DNA from: Pristiophorus japonicus
Lineage: Eukaryota
NCBI RefSeq assembly: GCF_044704955.1
Contig: NC_091996.1
Span: 62,744,001 to 62,808,000 of the forward strand
DNA length: 64,000 nucleotides
Direction of reading: 5' to 3'
The position numbers were made by a program, and so were the translations under genes. This document shows, in pieces, positions 61,974 to 64,000 of the stretch; the first letter of the stretch is position 1, and each line of letters starts with the position of its first letter. The notes below the pieces were generated by a model. It made no database searches. It saw only the letters and a program-made list of their open reading frames with translations, and was not told where the DNA came from.

Positions 61974-62904
61974 GTAACAGACCCTGAGTGTATGGTGTGT
62001 ACGGTGTGTGCTCTGGGCAGGCTGGTGGATTCAAAGTGGCGTCCTGCCTACACGCCTGACTGGGACGTCGGAGTTGGAATCCCGTTCACTCCGTGGCATC
62101 GTGCTCCAGTCTCCACAGGGACTTTGCTGCTTCAACTGGCGGAGGGAGGGGCAATTAGCTTATGGGCTGGGGTAGGTAGCCGGCTGTGGATTAATCTCGT
62201 GGAGCACCTCACAGGAAGCAGCATTTGATGGAGCCTGTCTCTGGTCCAGCCTGTGCTGCTCCTGGCCCAGCTATTGGTTGAGGCGGTTTGTGTGAGCCTG
62301 TGATGGTGGTGAGGCGTAGACTGACGAGAGGTGCAATCTGTACACCCATGTGACCCATGAACTTTTCTTTCTGATCAAACCCGCCTCCCTTTGGCTGGGT
62401 GCTAGGTTGCGGGGTTGTGTTGGATCAGCCTTGGTACTTGTCCCCCTGCTTGTTGGCATAATGGACAGCCTCCAGCGAGAAGAGCTGGCACCAAGAGTTG
62501 AGCCTTTGGTCGGCAAATTGTCTGAGGTTGGGCTGCTAAAGTGACATTTCCACTGCCCGTCCCCATTCAGCACTACACAGGCCGTGCGATGGGAGCCAGT
62601 CCTCCAGACACCCCCCCACAGGCCGTGCGACGGGAGCCAGTTCCCCCGGCTCCCCCCATAGCCCGTGCGATGGCCATGAGATCCCTGGCCACAGCTACTT
62701 GTACATTGGGGCCATTTCCCTGTCACCACAAGCTTGCACTGCTGGAGTATGTTCGCTGGCACCTCAACAGGAAAGAAATTCTGCGGAGTTGAGCTGGTAA
62801 GGGCTCCACTGGGAGCACTGATCTTGGGCCAGTGACACGTCAGCAACCAAGGCCTTCGGGAATTATCATGTGGTTTCAGAGCCAATAGTTTAGGAGTTAT
62901 ACTT

Positions 62905-63008
62905 GAAGGTGCCCCGGACACTGGTTAGATGCCGAGGGCGCCCTGGACGCTGGTTAGATGGAGGGAGCACCCCGGACACTGGTTAGAAGCCGAGGGCGCC
63001 CCGGATAC
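62905..63008 (+). repeat. ~29-bp tandem repeat (gccgagggcgccccggacactggttagat), ~3.5 copies
   Basis: ctggttaga recurs three times at ~29-bp spacing. Confidence 0.8.
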
Positions 63009-63406
63009 ATTTCCTGTAGGACCCCTCTAATCTGTTCAGAAATTAGACTTTCATCGCATCAGTCTGGGCTGGATTGGTCTCAACCCCATATCACCCAGTA
63101 CCCAGGATTCTGGTGCTTTTAATTGTGCAACAACACTTAACATTGATACAGTGACTTTGACATAACAAATTATGCAAGGCATGTATGTCACAGCTGGGGA
63201 GTTGGAGCCGAGCAGCAGTAGATGAGGAATTGGGGAAGAAGGCTGACGGCACTGTCTGGGGGTGGGGTGGTGGGTGGATGTTGTATGAAGTCCCAAGAAG
63301 GTGAGGAGAGCTGCAGGCAAGGTGAGGGGCCTCCTCTCTCCCTCCGTCTAATGCCAAGTGTAAATATCCCCGTTTGTCTTCCTTCCCTCGCCCCCAACGG
63401 CTTTAG

Positions 63407-63528
63407 GGAACCGAATACGGAAATTGCCAGAGTCCCTGAGTGGACTGAGGAGCCTGCGTATGCTCGACATCAGCCAGAATCGCATCCAGTCGCTCCCACA
63501 GGACCTGGCTCAAATCAGGACACTCGAG
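63407..63528 (+). CDS. LRSAM1: LRSAM1 coding exon 7 (LRR); gene continues beyond the window
   Basis: tttag|(G)NRIRKLPESLSGLRSLRMLDISQNRIQSLPQDLAQIRTLE|gtaatc; 122 nt. Confidence 0.95.
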
Positions 63529-64000
63529 GTAATCCCACAGTCTGCCTTTTATCTTTTTATCTGTGCAGCATTTTCTGTATTGCTTTGCGATTTAAACACT
63601 CATTTATACGGAGAGTGAGAAGGAAATGAACATTGCAGCGACGTCGGCTGCACGGCTGTTGAGCCCGAAGGCCAAGTGGGTTATAGGGGCAGCCTCCCTT
63701 TGGCGGTTTATTTTTCTATAACATGCCGAATCGCACTGTGGGTGATTCGCCACTTTAAAATTGAGCAACAATACTGGCTCTTTCTGTCAGGACTTACTGC
63801 GGTTAAAGATTACCACATGCATCATGCTTGATGTGTGTGATTCGATCACATGGCTTTGCTGTAGGAGGGGGCTGGCCATGGGATTCTAGTGGTATGCAGT
63901 GGTTACAGTTGGTGTAAAAGGCTGGGGAGAGTTTAGATCGACCGTGTATCTGTTTCAGACGTTATCCCTGCATTGGTACTCAGCTCATGTGGGCTCCCTC

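Noticed and set aside
62271-62921. 216-aa minus-strand ORF in an LRSAM1 intron
   Set aside because: Non-ATG start inside a tandem repeat, with no recognisable domain or splice structure.

Overview
Eukaryotic (vertebrate) genomic DNA, most likely a shark or other cartilaginous fish. This is inferred from the repeat content: CR1, L2 and RTE LINEs, Deu-domain tRNA SINEs, a Penelope fragment and Gypsy LTR elements. Three spliced genes were reconstructed by hand with GT-AG introns and consistent reading phases. POLE3 is on + (152 aa, CDS 21563-31997, CpG promoter near 17.2 kb). RPL12 is on - (165 aa, 7 coding exons, 49813-43855). The first 7 coding exons of LRSAM1 are on + (from 50500, gene continues past the window), head-to-head with RPL12. 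The first 11 kb is a four-level nested insertion (L2 > RTE > Gypsy A > Gypsy B); LTRs, PBS, PPT and TSDs of the two Gypsy elements are readable. The most interesting non-standard signals are a 47-nt stem-loop in the RPL12 5'UTR that appears nearly identical to the human UTR (candidate deeply conserved regulatory RNA element), an AG|GTAAGA recursive-splice-type site at the start of the ATG-bearing POLE3 exon, and a 1.2-kb G-rich minisatellite just after the first LRSAM1 coding exon. Most ORFs in the supplied track are transposon debris or spurious. Exon and LTR coordinates were counted by hand; LINE/SINE boundaries are approximate. Comparisons with human sequences are from memory, not alignments.
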